Source: a virus (lineage: Duplodnaviria > Heunggongvirae > Uroviricota > Caudoviricetes). Taken from it: 16,313 bases of DNA. Where the stretch lies: positions 1 to 16,313 of IMG/VR virus record IMGVR_UViG_2609459861_000002; one strand, 5' to 3'. Position numbers and translations under genes: made by a program. The notes beneath the pieces are model-generated. The model was given only the letters and a program-made list of their open reading frames with translations. It was not told the origin of the DNA and made no database searches. Below, one piece after another: positions 1 to 8,484 of this stretch (the first letter of the stretch is position 1; every line of letters starts with the position of its first letter).

Positions 1-1254
1 ATGCTGGAACAAATGGGCATTGCCGCGAAGCAAGCCTCGTATAAATTAGCGCAACTCTCCAGCCGCGAAAAAAATCGCGTGCTGGAAAAAATCGCCGATG
101 AACTGGAAGCACAAAGCGAAATCATCCTCAACGCTAACGCCCAGGATGTTGCTGACGCGCGAGCCAATGGCCTTAGCGAAGCGATGCTTGACCGTCTGGC
201 ACTGACGCCCGCACGGCTGAAAGGCATTGCCGACGATGTACGTCAGGTGTGCAACCTCGCCGATCCGGTGGGGCAGGTAATCGATGGCGGCGTACTGGAC
301 AGCGGCCTGCGTCTTGAGCGTCGTCGCGTACCGCTGGGGGTTATTGGCGTGATTTATGAAGCGCGCCCGAACGTGACGGTTGATGTCGCTTCGCTGTGCC
401 TGAAAACCGGTAATGCGGTGATCCTGCGCGGTGGCAAAGAAACGTGTCGCACTAACGCTGCAACGGTGGCGGTGATTCAGGACGCCCTGAAATCCTGCGG
501 CTTACCGGCGGGTGCCGTGCAGGCGATTGATAATCCTGACCGTGCGCTGGTCAGTGAAATGCTGCGTATGGATAAATACATCGACATGCTGATCCCGCGT
601 GGTGGCGCTGGTTTGCATAAACTGTGCCGTGAACAGTCGACAATCCCGGTGATCACAGGTGGTATAGGCGTATGCCATATTTACGTTGATGAAAGTGTAG
701 AGATCGCTGAAGCATTAAAAGTGATCGTCAACGCGAAAACTCAGCGTCCGAGCACATGTAATACGGTTGAAACGTTGCTGGTGAATAAAAACATCGCCGA
801 TAGCTTCCTGCCCGCATTAAGCAAACAAATGGCGGAAAGCGGCGTGACATTACACGCAGATGCAGCTGCACTGGCGCAGTTGCAGGCAGGCCCTGCGAAG
901 GTGGTTGCTGTTAAAGCCGAAGAGTATGACGATGAGTTTCTGTCATTAGATTTGAACGTCAAAATCGTCAGCGATCTTGACGATGCCATCGCCCATATTC
1001 GTGAACACGGCACACAACACTCCGATGCGATCCTGACCCGCGATATGCGCAACGCCCAGCGTTTTGTTAACGAAGTGGATTCGTCCGCTGTTTACGTTAA
1101 CGCCTCTACGCGTTTTACCGACGGCGGCCAGTTTGGTCTGGGTGCGGAAGTGGCGGTAAGCACACAAAAACTCCACGCGCGTGGCCCAATGGGGCTGGAA
1201 GCACTGACCACTTACAAGTGGATCGGCATTGGTGATTACACCATTCGTGCGTAA
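1..1254 (+). CDS. proA: gamma-glutamyl phosphate reductase (glutamate-5-semialdehyde dehydrogenase)
   Basis: Full-length 417-aa ORF; I recognise the translation as enterobacterial ProA. Window begins at its start codon. Confidence 0.97.
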
Positions 1255-1368
1255 ATAAAACCGGGTGATGCAAAAGTAGCCATTTGATTCACAAGGCCAT
1301 TGACGCATCGCCCGGTTAGTTTTAACCTTGCCCACCGTGATTCACGTTCGTGAACATGTCCTTTCAGG

Positions 1369-1444
1369 GCCGATATAGCTCAGTTGGTAGAGCAGCGCAT
1401 TCGTAATGCGAAGGTCGGAGGTTCGACTCCTCTTATCGGCACCA
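1369..1444 (+). tRNA. thrW: tRNA-Thr, anticodon CGU
   Basis: Cloverleaf readable by eye: acceptor GCCGATA/TATCGGC, D-arm GCTC..GAGC, anticodon stem GCGCA/TGCGA with loop TTCGTAA (anticodon CGT), T-arm GGAGG-TTCGACT-CCTCT, 3' CCA encoded. Sits directly after proA as thrW does in E. coli. Confidence 0.93.
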
Positions 1445-1458
1445 TTTAAATCAATAAG

Positions 1459-2622
1459 TTACACATCATTAGTACCTTCCTTATTTTTTGACTGGGACAA
1501 ATTTGGGACCGATGGGTTCAGGATCGAGTCTATTTGCCGTGCGTGTTCGGTAAGGTGATTAGGTGCGAGGTGAGCATATCGACGAACCATTTCGATAGAC
1601 TCCCAGCCTCCCATTTCCTGTAACACTGACAACGGGACACCGGCTTGAACCAGCCAACTTGCCCAGGTGTGTCTCAAGTCATGAAATCTGAAATCATCAA
1701 TACCAGCTCGTCTCAGCGCCGCTTTCCAGGCTGTGTTTGCGTCATACCGCATCTTCCTGACTGTTGGCGCTTTCGTTCCGTCTGGTTTGGTACAGCTTTC
1801 CTTGTACACAAATACCCAACGGTGATGATTCCCGATTTGTTTTTTCAATACGCGACATGCAGTATCATTCAGCGCAACGCCAATTGCGCGGTTTGATTTA
1901 CTCTCTTCCGGGTTTATCCATGCCACCCGGCGCTGCATATCTATTTGTTGCCATTCAAGGTTGATGATGTTCGAGCGTCTTAAGCCTGTTGCCAGTGCAA
2001 ATTCAACAACAGACTTTAATGGCTCCGGACATTCATCAATCAGCCTTTGTGCTTCATGGGGCTCCAGCCAGCGGATCCGTTTATTCTTTGGTTGAGGCAC
2101 TTTAATAATTGGTGCCTTATCCAGCATTTTCCATTCACGCTCTGCGGCTCTTAGTAGGGCCTTTATAAATGAAAGATGCGTAGCCTTCGTTGCAACGGAC
2201 GCTGGTTTTGGCGTGTATTCTGGAACAGGTTTCCCTTTTTTTCTGCATGCTTCTGCCCTGAGTTTCCAGTTTTCCTCATGACGCCGGTTCGTCATTTTCT
2301 GCATTGCTGAATAAATTTTTGATTCAGTGATGTCTCTTAGTTGCATCCCTGCGAAATGTTGAAGCCAGAATCCGATCCGGCTTTTGTCATCGTCCAGTGA
2401 TTTCTTATGTGCTTTCTCTTCGAGCCACCTGACACACGCTTCCTCAAACGTCATATCAGGTATTTCACCAAGTTTGCTGACCCGCCATGCTTCAGCCTTT
2501 AGCTTGTCATGGAGCTCTGTCGCCTGCCTTTTGTCCTTTGTTCCAAGAGACTGTTTAAATCTTTTACCGTTCGGCAATGTGAAACTGGCGTACCATATTT
2601 CACTTCTGCGGAAGAGTGACAT
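1459..2622 (-). CDS. int: phage tyrosine integrase (lambdoid Int family)
   Basis: 387-aa ORF beginning [27 protein letters not shown], which I recognise as the IntD/IntF-type prophage integrase of E. coli; C-terminal HDLRHTWAS (HxxR) and RRYAHL (catalytic Tyr region). Stop codon lies 15 nt from the tRNA CCA end. Confidence 0.93.
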   Translation of the reverse strand: MSLFRRSEIWYASFTLPNGKRFKQSLGTKDKRQATELHDKLKAEAWRVSKLGEIPDMTFEEACVRWLEEKAHKKSLDDDKSRIGFWLQHFAGMQLRDITESKIYSAMQKMTNRRHEENWKLRAEACRKKGKPVPEYTPKPASVATKATHLSFIKALLRAAEREWKMLDKAPIIKVPQPKNKRIRWLEPHEAQRLIDECPEPLKSVVEFALATGLRRSNIINLEWQQIDMQRRVAWINPEESKSNRAIGVALNDTACRVLKKQIGNHHRWVFVYKESCTKPDGTKAPTVRKMRYDANTAWKAALRRAGIDDFRFHDLRHTWASWLVQAGVPLSVLQEMGGWESIEMVRRYAHLAPNHLTEHARQIDSILNPSVPNLSQSKNKEGTNDV

Positions 2623-2849
2623 TTTCTTTCCTCTGTTATGCCATCACCCGCGCTCACCTTGATAGTATGCAGCGGAGACTGAAGCGCCGCAATGCAGGCT
2701 TGTCGCGTTGTGAGGTAAGGAGATTTTGGTTTAGTGGGGTCTTTGCGTGTTGCCTGTAGGCGGCCTGTTCGTATCCAGTTGGTGGCGGTTGGTCTGGATA
2801 TCTTAAGAAACTGACAGGCCTCATCGAGTGTGAGGCTGTATGATTCCAT
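2499..2849 (-). CDS. xis: excisionase / AlpA-type helix-turn-helix protein
   Basis: HTH-like segment [29 protein letters not shown] at 2849 is preceded by GAGG with 5-nt spacing; the longer track ORF starts at an upstream GTG. Lies immediately upstream of int, and its 3' end overlaps the int 5' end by about 120 nt, so one of the two ends is uncertain. Confidence 0.65.
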   Translation of the reverse strand: MESYSLTLDEACQFLKISRPTATNWIRTGRLQATRKDPTKPKSPYLTTRQACIAALQSPLHTIKVSAGDGITEERKCHSSAEVKYGTPVSHCRTVKDLNSLLEQRTKGRRQSSMTS

Positions 2850-3099
2850 GGTTACCTCTGCTTTTTGAACGCATGTCACGTAACTTCTTAATGTGTTCTG
2901 CCGTTTCGATCTCTTCTGCTATCCGATCTGCATCAGCTTTATTCACAGGTTCAAAGTCATGATTAAAGCGGAACATGCTGGCGATACATGTTCTGCCTTT
3001 TCGGATGTAGTGAACTTTGTTGTGGGTAGAACGCAGGATTTTGCAGGGAGTGCCGTGGTGGTCGACGTACCAGGTGTTAGGAAAAATGATTCTGAACAT
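2821..3099 (-). CDS. hypothetical phage protein (92 aa)
   Basis: ORF with protein-like composition; ATG at 3099 preceded by GAGGT at 5-nt spacing; overlaps the xis start by 29 nt as in compact phage operons. Family not recognised. Confidence 0.5.
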   Translation of the reverse strand: MFRIIFPNTWYVDHHGTPCKILRSTHNKVHYIRKGRTCIASMFRFNHDFEPVNKADADRIAEEIETAEHIKKLRDMRSKSRGNHGIIQPHTR

Positions 3100-3146
3100 T
3101 TTTACACCTCAGTTGGACGATGTTGAAATTTGCTGCTTTGAGGCCA

Positions 3147-3365
3147 TCACAGTCCCCATTGTTTGTTCTTAAGTTCGATCTCCTCCTGGCAACTTGCACA
3201 AGTCCGACAACCCTGAACAGCCAGGCGTCTTCGCTCATCTATCGGATCGCCACACTCACAACAATGAGTTGCGGATACAGTCTGGTAGTTCAGACGACGC
3301 ATTTTTATTGCTGTATTGCGCTGTAATTCTTCGATTTCTGATGCTGAATCAATGATGTCTGCCAT
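3147..3365 (-). CDS. TraR/DksA-family C4 zinc-finger protein
   Basis: 72-aa ORF with CCECGDPIDERRRLAVQGCRTCASC, i.e. CxxC-(17)-CxxC, at the C-terminus; size and motif spacing match phage and plasmid TraR homologues. Confidence 0.8.
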   Translation of the reverse strand: MADIIDSASEIEELQRNTAIKMRRLNYQTVSATHCCECGDPIDERRRLAVQGCRTCASCQEEIELKNKQWGL

Positions 3366-3418
3366 CTTCCATTAATCCCTGAATTGTTGGTTAATACGCT
3401 TGAGGATGAATGCGAACA

Positions 3419-3443
3419 ATAAAAAAGGAGCCTGTAGCTCCCT
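3419..3443 (-). terminator. candidate intrinsic terminator downstream of the 3464-3679 ORF
   Basis: On the minus-strand RNA: stem GGAGC/GCUCC (extendable by a G-U and an A-U pair), loop UACAG, followed by UUUUUUAUUG. Confidence 0.4.
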
Positions 3444-3463
3444 GATGATTTTGCTTTTCATGT

Positions 3464-3679
3464 TCACCGTTCCTTAAAGACGCCGTTTAACATGCCGATC
3501 GCCAGGCTTAAATGAGTCGGTGTGAATCCCATCAGCGTTACCGTTTCGCGGTGCTTCTTTAGTACGCTACGGCAAATGTCATCGACGTTTTTATCCGGAA
3601 ACTGCTGTCTGGCTTTTTTGATTTCAGAATTAGCCTGACGGGCAATGCTGCGAAGGGCGTTTTCGTGCTGAGGTGTCAT
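3464..3679 (-). CDS. hypothetical phage protein (about 71 aa, start uncertain)
   Basis: C-terminal 71 residues from MTPQHENALRSIARQ are protein-like; the upstream in-frame extension to 3778 is Cys/His-rich and less convincing. No strong SD at any candidate start. Confidence 0.4.
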   Translation of the reverse strand: MTPQHENALRSIARQANSEIKKARQQFPDKNVDDICRSVLKKHRETVTLMGFTPTHLSLAIGMLNGVFKER

Positions 3680-3755
3680 TGAACAAGTCCCATGTCGGCA
3701 AGCATAAGCACACAGAATATGAAGCCCGCTGCCAGAAAAATGCATTCCGTGGTTG

Positions 3756-4133
3756 TCATGCAGCCTCCCGACGGGCAAGAATCCTTGAGCCGAACGCCAT
3801 CAACTCTCCACGATCAACGGTCGTAAAGTGGCAGTGTGTACGGGGGTATGGGTGCCAGATAATGAGCATCGAACCTTTATTATTTCCACTGACGGGTTTC
3901 TCAGTGAGTGGGTTAATAAATGCCAGTCGTCCTGCCGTGATGAATCTGACCTCACTGGCGGTTTGTATCGCTTCATGAAACCATCCGACAGATGTGTCAG
4001 CAGGCAATAACATTACACATCCCACACTACTGAATTTGTTTTCAGTGGCTGCCTTTTTCACAAAAGGGGAAATATTGCTGTATGGTGGATTCAACCAGAC
4101 ATAACCAGAGGCATATCTGGCTGAAAGAGGGGG
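3756..4133 (-). pseudogene. phage N6-adenine DNA methyltransferase (Dam family), 5'-truncated
   Basis: Translation contains the NPPY catalytic motif followed by MLLPADTSVGWFH..EVRFI.GRL.F.NP, as in phage Dam-type methyltransferases. Only 13 codons precede NPPY before an in-frame stop at 4134-4136, and there is no ATG; the track start is a TTG at the NPPY codon. The N-terminal part expected in this family is absent. Confidence 0.6.
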
Positions 4134-4143
4134 TTATTAAGGC

Positions 4144-4506
4144 GTGAATACCTACAGTATCACATTACCCTGGCCTCCGAGCAATAATCGCTATTACCGC
4201 CATAATCGCGGGCGCACGCACGTCAGTGCAGAGGGGCAGGCATACCGCGATAACGTCGCCCGAATCATTAAAAGCGCAATGCTGGATATCGGCCTGGCTA
4301 TGCCTGTGAAAATCCGCATTGAGTGCCACATGCCGGATCGCCGTCGCCGTGACCTGGATAATCTGCAAAAAGCCGCTTTTGACGCACTCACTAAAGCAGG
4401 TTTCTGGCTGGATGATGCTCAGGTCGTTGATTACCGCGTTGTGAAGATGCCTGTTACCAAAGGTGGGAGGCTGGAACTGACCATCACCGAAATTGGGAAT
4501 GAATGA
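4144..4506 (+). CDS. rusA: crossover junction endodeoxyribonuclease RusA (Holliday junction resolvase)
   Basis: 120-aa [27 protein letters not shown]...; I recognise it as nearly identical to E. coli prophage RusA. GTG start with GAGGGGG upstream. Confidence 0.93.
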   Translation: MNTYSITLPWPPSNNRYYRHNRGRTHVSAEGQAYRDNVARIIKSAMLDIGLAMPVKIRIECHMPDRRRRDLDNLQKAAFDALTKAGFWLDDAQVVDYRVVKMPVTKGGRLELTITEIGNE

Positions 4507-4643
4507 TGTTTGAGTTTTATATGGCAGAACTTCTTCGCCACCGCTGGGGGCATCTGCGCTTATATCGTTTCCCCGGTTCTGTTTTGACCGATTACCGAAT
4601 ACTGAAGAATTACGCCAAAACCCTGACAGGAGCAGGAGTATGA
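4503..4643 (+). CDS. ylcG: YlcG-like small phage protein (46 aa)
   Basis: Hand translation from the ATG overlapping the rusA stop (ATGA) gives [46 protein letters not shown], matching the small gene that follows rusA in DLP12-type prophages. Below the ORF-track size cutoff. Confidence 0.65.
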   Translation: MMFEFYMAELLRHRWGHLRLYRFPGSVLTDYRILKNYAKTLTGAGV

Positions 4644-4728
4644 AGTCAGAGATAACAATCAACTAATACTGTTTTGTTGATTTTTGCTTGTAATTGGCGT
4701 TCTGGTCTGATTTTTGTGGAGTAAGTTG

Positions 4729-5112
4729 ATGCGTGATATTCAGATGGTTCTTGAGCGTTGGGGAGCGTGGGCGGCTAATAATCATGAAGATGTGACCTGG
4801 TCGTCCATTGCCGCCGGTTTTAAGGGATTAATTACTTCAAAAGTAAAATCTCGCCCGCAATGTTGTGACGATGACGCGATGATTATTTGCGGGTGCATGG
4901 CCCGTCTGAAAAAGAACAACAGCGATTTGCACGATTTATTAGTAGATTATTATGTAGTCGGTATGACATTCATGTCACTGGCAGGTAAGCATTGCTGCTC
5001 TGATGGTTATATCGGGAAAAGGTTACAGAAGGCTGAGGGCATAATTGAAGGGATGTTAATGGCATTAGATATCCGGTTAGAGATGGATATCGTTGTTAAT
5101 AACTCTAATTAA
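4729..5112 (+). CDS. late-gene antiterminator Q (Q82/QuuD type)
   Basis: 127 aa from the ATG at 4729 ([22 protein letters not shown]...), with Cys clusters [12 protein letters not shown] and HCC typical of the Q zinc-binding fold; sits between the rusA/ylcG nin remnant and the lysis genes. Confidence 0.85.
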   Translation: MRDIQMVLERWGAWAANNHEDVTWSSIAAGFKGLITSKVKSRPQCCDDDAMIICGCMARLKKNNSDLHDLLVDYYVVGMTFMSLAGKHCCSDGYIGKRLQKAEGIIEGMLMALDIRLEMDIVVNNSN

Positions 5113-5145
5113 TATGCCAATTGTTTACTAAAAATTATTAAAAAT

Positions 5146-5163
5146 GGGGCGTTGAGACGCCCC
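5146..5163 (-). terminator. intrinsic terminator downstream of the porin gene
   Basis: Stem GGGGCG/CGCCCC with 6-nt loop; on the minus strand it is followed by AUUUUUAAUAAUUUUU. The plus-strand side is A-rich, so it is not a plus-strand terminator. Confidence 0.5.
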
Positions 5164-5301
5164 CAAAAATAAAGGGTAATATATAACAGAAGGTTTATAT
5201 AGTTAGAAGCAAGGTTGTGCTTCTAAAGGAAGGGGTTGGGGGGAGCCCTTTATATGGGGGGGAGGCACCGCCCCCCGCAACATATCTTTTTCGTAATCAG
5301 A

Positions 5302-6399
5302 TTAGAACTGGTAAACCAGACCTACAGCAACGATGTCATCAGTGCTTACACCGAGTGCTTTAGTGAAGTCATTTTTGTCAAGCAGGTTGATTTTGTAATC
5401 AACGAAAGTAGACATATTTTTGTTGAAGTAATAGGTTGCACCTACATCAACATATTTGACTAAGTCCTGATCGCCCCATACTCCAAGATCCTTACCTTTA
5501 GATTGCAGGTAAGCAACGGACGGACGCAGACCGAAATCGAACTGATATTGTGCAACAGCTTCGAAGTTTTGGGCTTTATTAGCAACGAAGTGATCAGCAA
5601 ATACAGTCATATTCTGGGTTTCAGAATAGGTAGTGGCCAGGTAAATGTTGTTAGCGTCATATTTCAGACCTGCGGCCCAAACTTCTGCATTTTTACCGGA
5701 AGCAAATACTTCAGGAAGAACTTTCCCTGCATTAACTTGAGTGTCGGTACGATCAGATTTCGCATAAGTTGCACCGATACCGAATCCTTCGTATTCATAG
5801 GTAGCAGAGAAACCGAAGCCATCACCGTTACCTTCAGTGTAGTTATCGAAATCGCTACGATCGTTTTTGCCTTGGTACTGAGCAGCAAAGTTCAGACCAT
5901 CAACCAGACCAAAGAAGTCGTTGTTACGATAGGTTGCAACACCAGTTGCACGTTGAGTCATGAACACGTCGGTTTGAGTCCAAGTGTCACCACCGAATTC
6001 TGGCAGGACGTCAGTCCACGCACCGATGTCGTATGCTACACCGTAGTTACGGCCGTAATCGATGGAGCCGTAGTCACCGAATTTCAGGCCAGCGAAGGCA
6101 AGACGGGTTTTATCTTTGGAGGAACCTTGAGATTCAGCGCGGTTGCCTTTGAATTCATATTCCCACTGACCGAAACCAGTCAGTTGATCGTTGATTTGGG
6201 TTTCACCTTTGAAGCCAAGACGGGCATAAGTAGTATCACCATCATCTGCATCATTAGAGGAGAAGTAGTGCTTAGCATTAACTTTCCCGTACAGATCCAG
6301 CTTGTTACTGTCTTTATTATAAATTTCAGCTGCCTGAGCAGACATCGCCATCAGTACTGATGCAGCTACAGCAGAAATTGCCACTGTTAATTTTTTCAT
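5302..6399 (-). CDS. nmpC: outer-membrane general porin, prophage-encoded (NmpC/Lc/OmpC family)
   Basis: 365-aa ORF with signal peptide [30 protein letters not shown], porin-like Gly/Tyr/Asp-rich beta-barrel composition and C-terminal YQF. I recognise the N-terminal mature sequence as the NmpC/Lc-type phage porin. Intact, with no IS disruption. Confidence 0.93.
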   Translation of the reverse strand: MKKLTVAISAVAASVLMAMSAQAAEIYNKDSNKLDLYGKVNAKHYFSSNDADDGDTTYARLGFKGETQINDQLTGFGQWEYEFKGNRAESQGSSKDKTRLAFAGLKFGDYGSIDYGRNYGVAYDIGAWTDVLPEFGGDTWTQTDVFMTQRATGVATYRNNDFFGLVDGLNFAAQYQGKNDRSDFDNYTEGNGDGFGFSATYEYEGFGIGATYAKSDRTDTQVNAGKVLPEVFASGKNAEVWAAGLKYDANNIYLATTYSETQNMTVFADHFVANKAQNFEAVAQYQFDFGLRPSVAYLQSKGKDLGVWGDQDLVKYVDVGATYYFNKNMSTFVDYKINLLDKNDFTKALGVSTDDIVAVGLVYQF

Positions 6400-6940
6400 C
6401 GTGAGCCCTTTTTTTTGAACTATTATTAAAAAATGATGTCACTGCGCGATAAATATTCATCTAATCAATGTGATTATTTCAAGATGTAAGTTTTGGTTTC
6501 TCGTTTGATTTGTGAAGTAGATCTCTATTTTTATCTGAACTTTTTTCTATCGAATCCTATTCATAGCTCTTGGCTGAATAAAAATAAATCTATTAGCCAA
6601 TTTATATTAACGGCTGTTATTTATAAGTGCTCTATAATTTGAAGATTCAATTTAAATCGGCTAAAAATAACACTGGAAATTATTTGTTAGTTATTTGTTG
6701 AGGTTTTCTTATGTATTTGTGGTGGTGTTTTGAACACTCGGTAGCATTCTCATAAATATCATTCAGTGGTTTACGTACGTAAAAAATTGGTTATGCTGTT
6801 AAGAGTGGTTACTTCGTCACACAGCTTAAACCCGCCGTCGAGCTGGTTTTTCCATTTTTTGAGTCTCGATATTAGCTGATAACTCAATACCTGAGTTATT
6901 CACTGACTCCGAGTCTGTTACGTTTCTGCTTTTTTGCGAT
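6400..6940. promoter_or_regulatory. AT-rich upstream region of the porin gene; may also hold plus-strand late-operon signals
   Basis: About 540 bp of strongly AT-rich non-coding DNA with A/T tracts, of the kind found upstream of enterobacterial porin genes. No specific sites assigned. Confidence 0.3.
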
Positions 6941-6988
6941 ACGTTGTATTCCCTCAATTTACACCCGCTTTGTCTGCGAGGTGGGGTT

Positions 6989-7204
6989 ATGAAATCCATG
7001 GATAAGTTAACAACGGGTGTCGCCTATGGCACCTCAGCAGGTAGTGCCGGTTACTGGTTTTTACAGCTGCTCGATAAAGTCACGCCCTCACAGTGGGCGG
7101 CAATAGGTGTGCTGGGTAGTCTGGTATTTGGCTTGCTGACGTACCTGACAAACCTTTATTTCAAGATTAAAGAAGATAAGCGCAAGGCTGCGAGAGGTGA
7201 ATAA
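6989..7204 (+). CDS. class II holin (phage 21 S-type pinholin) with dual-start motif
   Basis: 71 aa, [26 protein letters not shown]...: two predicted TMDs, Met1-Lys2-Ser3-Met4 dual start, charged C-terminus; GAGGTGGGG SD 2-10 nt upstream. The longer track ORF starts at an upstream TTG. Confidence 0.9.
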
Positions 7205-7701
7205 TGCCTCCATCATTACGAAAAGCAGTTGCTGCTGCTATTGGTGGCGGAGCAATTGCTATAGCATCAGTGTTAATCACTGGCCCAAGTGGTAACGATG
7301 GTCTGGAAGGTGTCAGCTACATACCATACAAAGATATTGTTGGTGTATGGACCGTATGTCACGGGCATACAGGAAAAGACATCATGCTCGGTAAAACGTA
7401 TACCAAAGCAGAATGCAAAGCACTCTTGAATAAAGACCTTGCCACTGTCGCCAGACAAATTAACCCATACATCGAAGTCGATATACCGGAAACAACGCGC
7501 GGCGCTCTTTACTCATTCGTTTACAACGTGGGTGCTGGCAATTTCAGAACATCGACGCTTCTTCGCAAAATAAACCAGGGCGATATCAAAGGCGCATGTG
7601 ATCAGTTACGTCGCTGGACATATGCTGGCGGTAAGCAATGGAAAGGTCTCATGACTCGTCGTGAGATTGAGCGTGAAATCTGTTTGTGGGGTCAGCAATG
7701 A
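7204..7701 (+). CDS. SAR endolysin (T4-lysozyme-fold muramidase, phage 21 R-type)
   Basis: 165 aa; N-terminal Gly/Ala-rich weakly hydrophobic SAR segment [20 protein letters not shown] followed by the lysozyme motif GLEG..Y.D..G..T; start overlaps the holin stop (TAATG). Confidence 0.93.
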   Translation: MPPSLRKAVAAAIGGGAIAIASVLITGPSGNDGLEGVSYIPYKDIVGVWTVCHGHTGKDIMLGKTYTKAECKALLNKDLATVARQINPYIEVDIPETTRGALYSFVYNVGAGNFRTSTLLRKINQGDIKGACDQLRRWTYAGGKQWKGLMTRREIEREICLWGQQ

Positions 7702-8159
7702 ACAGAGTAACCGCGATTATCTCCGCTCTGGTTATCTGCATCATCGTCGGCCTGTCATGGGCTGTTAATCATTACCGTGATAACGCCATTACCTACAAAG
7801 CCCAGCGCGACAAAAATGCCAGAGAACTGAAGCTGGCGAACGCGGCAATTACTGACATGCAGATGCGTCAGCGTGATGTTGCTGCGCTCGATGCAAAATA
7901 CACGAAGGAGTTAGCTGATGCGAAAGCTGAAAATGATGCTCTGCGTGATGATGTTGCCGCTGGTCGTCGTCGGTTGCACATCAAAGCAGTCTGTCAGTCA
8001 GTGCGTGAAGCCACCACCGCCTCCGGCGTGGATAATGCAGCCTCCCCCCGACTGGCAGACACCGCTGAACGGGATTATTTCACCCTCAGAGAGAGGCTGA
8101 TCACTATGCAAAAACAACTGGAAGGAACCCAGAAGTATATTAATGAGCAGTGCAGATAG
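7698..8159 (+). CDS. Rz i-spanin
   Basis: ATG at 7698 overlaps the endolysin stop (ATGA); N-terminal [21 protein letters not shown] then a charged coiled-coil-like periplasmic domain; closely resembles lambda Rz. Confidence 0.9.
   Translation: MNRVTAIISALVICIIVGLSWAVNHYRDNAITYKAQRDKNARELKLANAAITDMQMRQRDVAALDAKYTKELADAKAENDALRDDVAAGRRRLHIKAVCQSVREATTASGVDNAASPRLADTAERDYFTLRERLITMQKQLEGTQKYINEQCR
7918..8100 (+). CDS. Rz1 o-spanin lipoprotein (embedded in Rz, +1 frame)
   Basis: 60-aa ORF wholly inside Rz; lipobox LVVVGC, proline-rich mature region [13 protein letters not shown]. Confidence 0.85.
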   Translation: MRKLKMMLCVMMLPLVVVGCTSKQSVSQCVKPPPPPAWIMQPPPDWQTPLNGIISPSERG

Positions 8160-8190
8160 AGCTGCCCATATCGATGGGCAACTCATGCAA

Positions 8191-8484
8191 TTATTGTGAG
8201 CAATACACACGCGCTTCCAGCGGAGTATAAATGCCTAAAGTAATAAAACCGAGCAATCCATTTACGAATGTTTGCTGGGTTTCTGTTTTAACAACATTTT
8301 CTGCGCCGCCACAAATTTTGGCTGCATCAACAGTTTTCTCCTGTCCAATTCCCGAAACGAAGAAATGATGGGTGATGGTTTCCTTTGGTGTTACTGCTGT
8401 CGGTTTGTTTCCAACAGTAAACGTCTGTTGAGCACATCCTGTAATAAGCATTGCCAGAGCGGCAGAAAACAACATTTTTTTCAT
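8191..8484 (-). CDS. bor: Bor lipoprotein (serum-resistance-associated moron)
   Basis: 97 aa from MKKMLFSAALAMLITGC (lipobox ITGC); I recognise it as lambda Bor-like. Opposite orientation to the lysis genes, as in lambda. Confidence 0.9.
   Translation of the reverse strand: MKKMLFSAALAMLITGCAQQTFTVGNKPTAVTPKETITHHFFVSGIGQEKTVDAAKICGGAENVVKTETQQTFVNGLLGFITLGIYTPLEARVYCSQ

Noticed and set aside
1255-1368. 13-bp inverted repeat AACCGGGTGATGC/GCATCGCCCGGTT as a proA terminator, and a possible tRNA promoter
   Set aside because: The arms are separated by a 31-nt loop and no clean U tract follows; the -35/-10 candidates are weak. Not enough to call either feature.
1645-1964. Two plus-strand ORFs of 83 and 66 aa
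   Set aside because: Inside and antisense to the integrase gene; shadow ORFs.
2893-3326. Plus-strand ORFs of 77 and 68 aa
   Set aside because: Antisense to the minus-strand orf92 and TraR-like genes, which have SD-supported starts.
4165-4662. 165-aa and 65-aa minus-strand ORFs
   Set aside because: Antisense to rusA and ylcG, which are recognisable and correctly spaced; no independent support.
5503-6360. 285-aa plus-strand ORF (also 5664-5888 minus, 5236-5463 plus)
   Set aside because: Lies entirely antisense to, or in an alternative frame of, the well-supported porin gene; composition is not protein-like. Treated as a shadow ORF.
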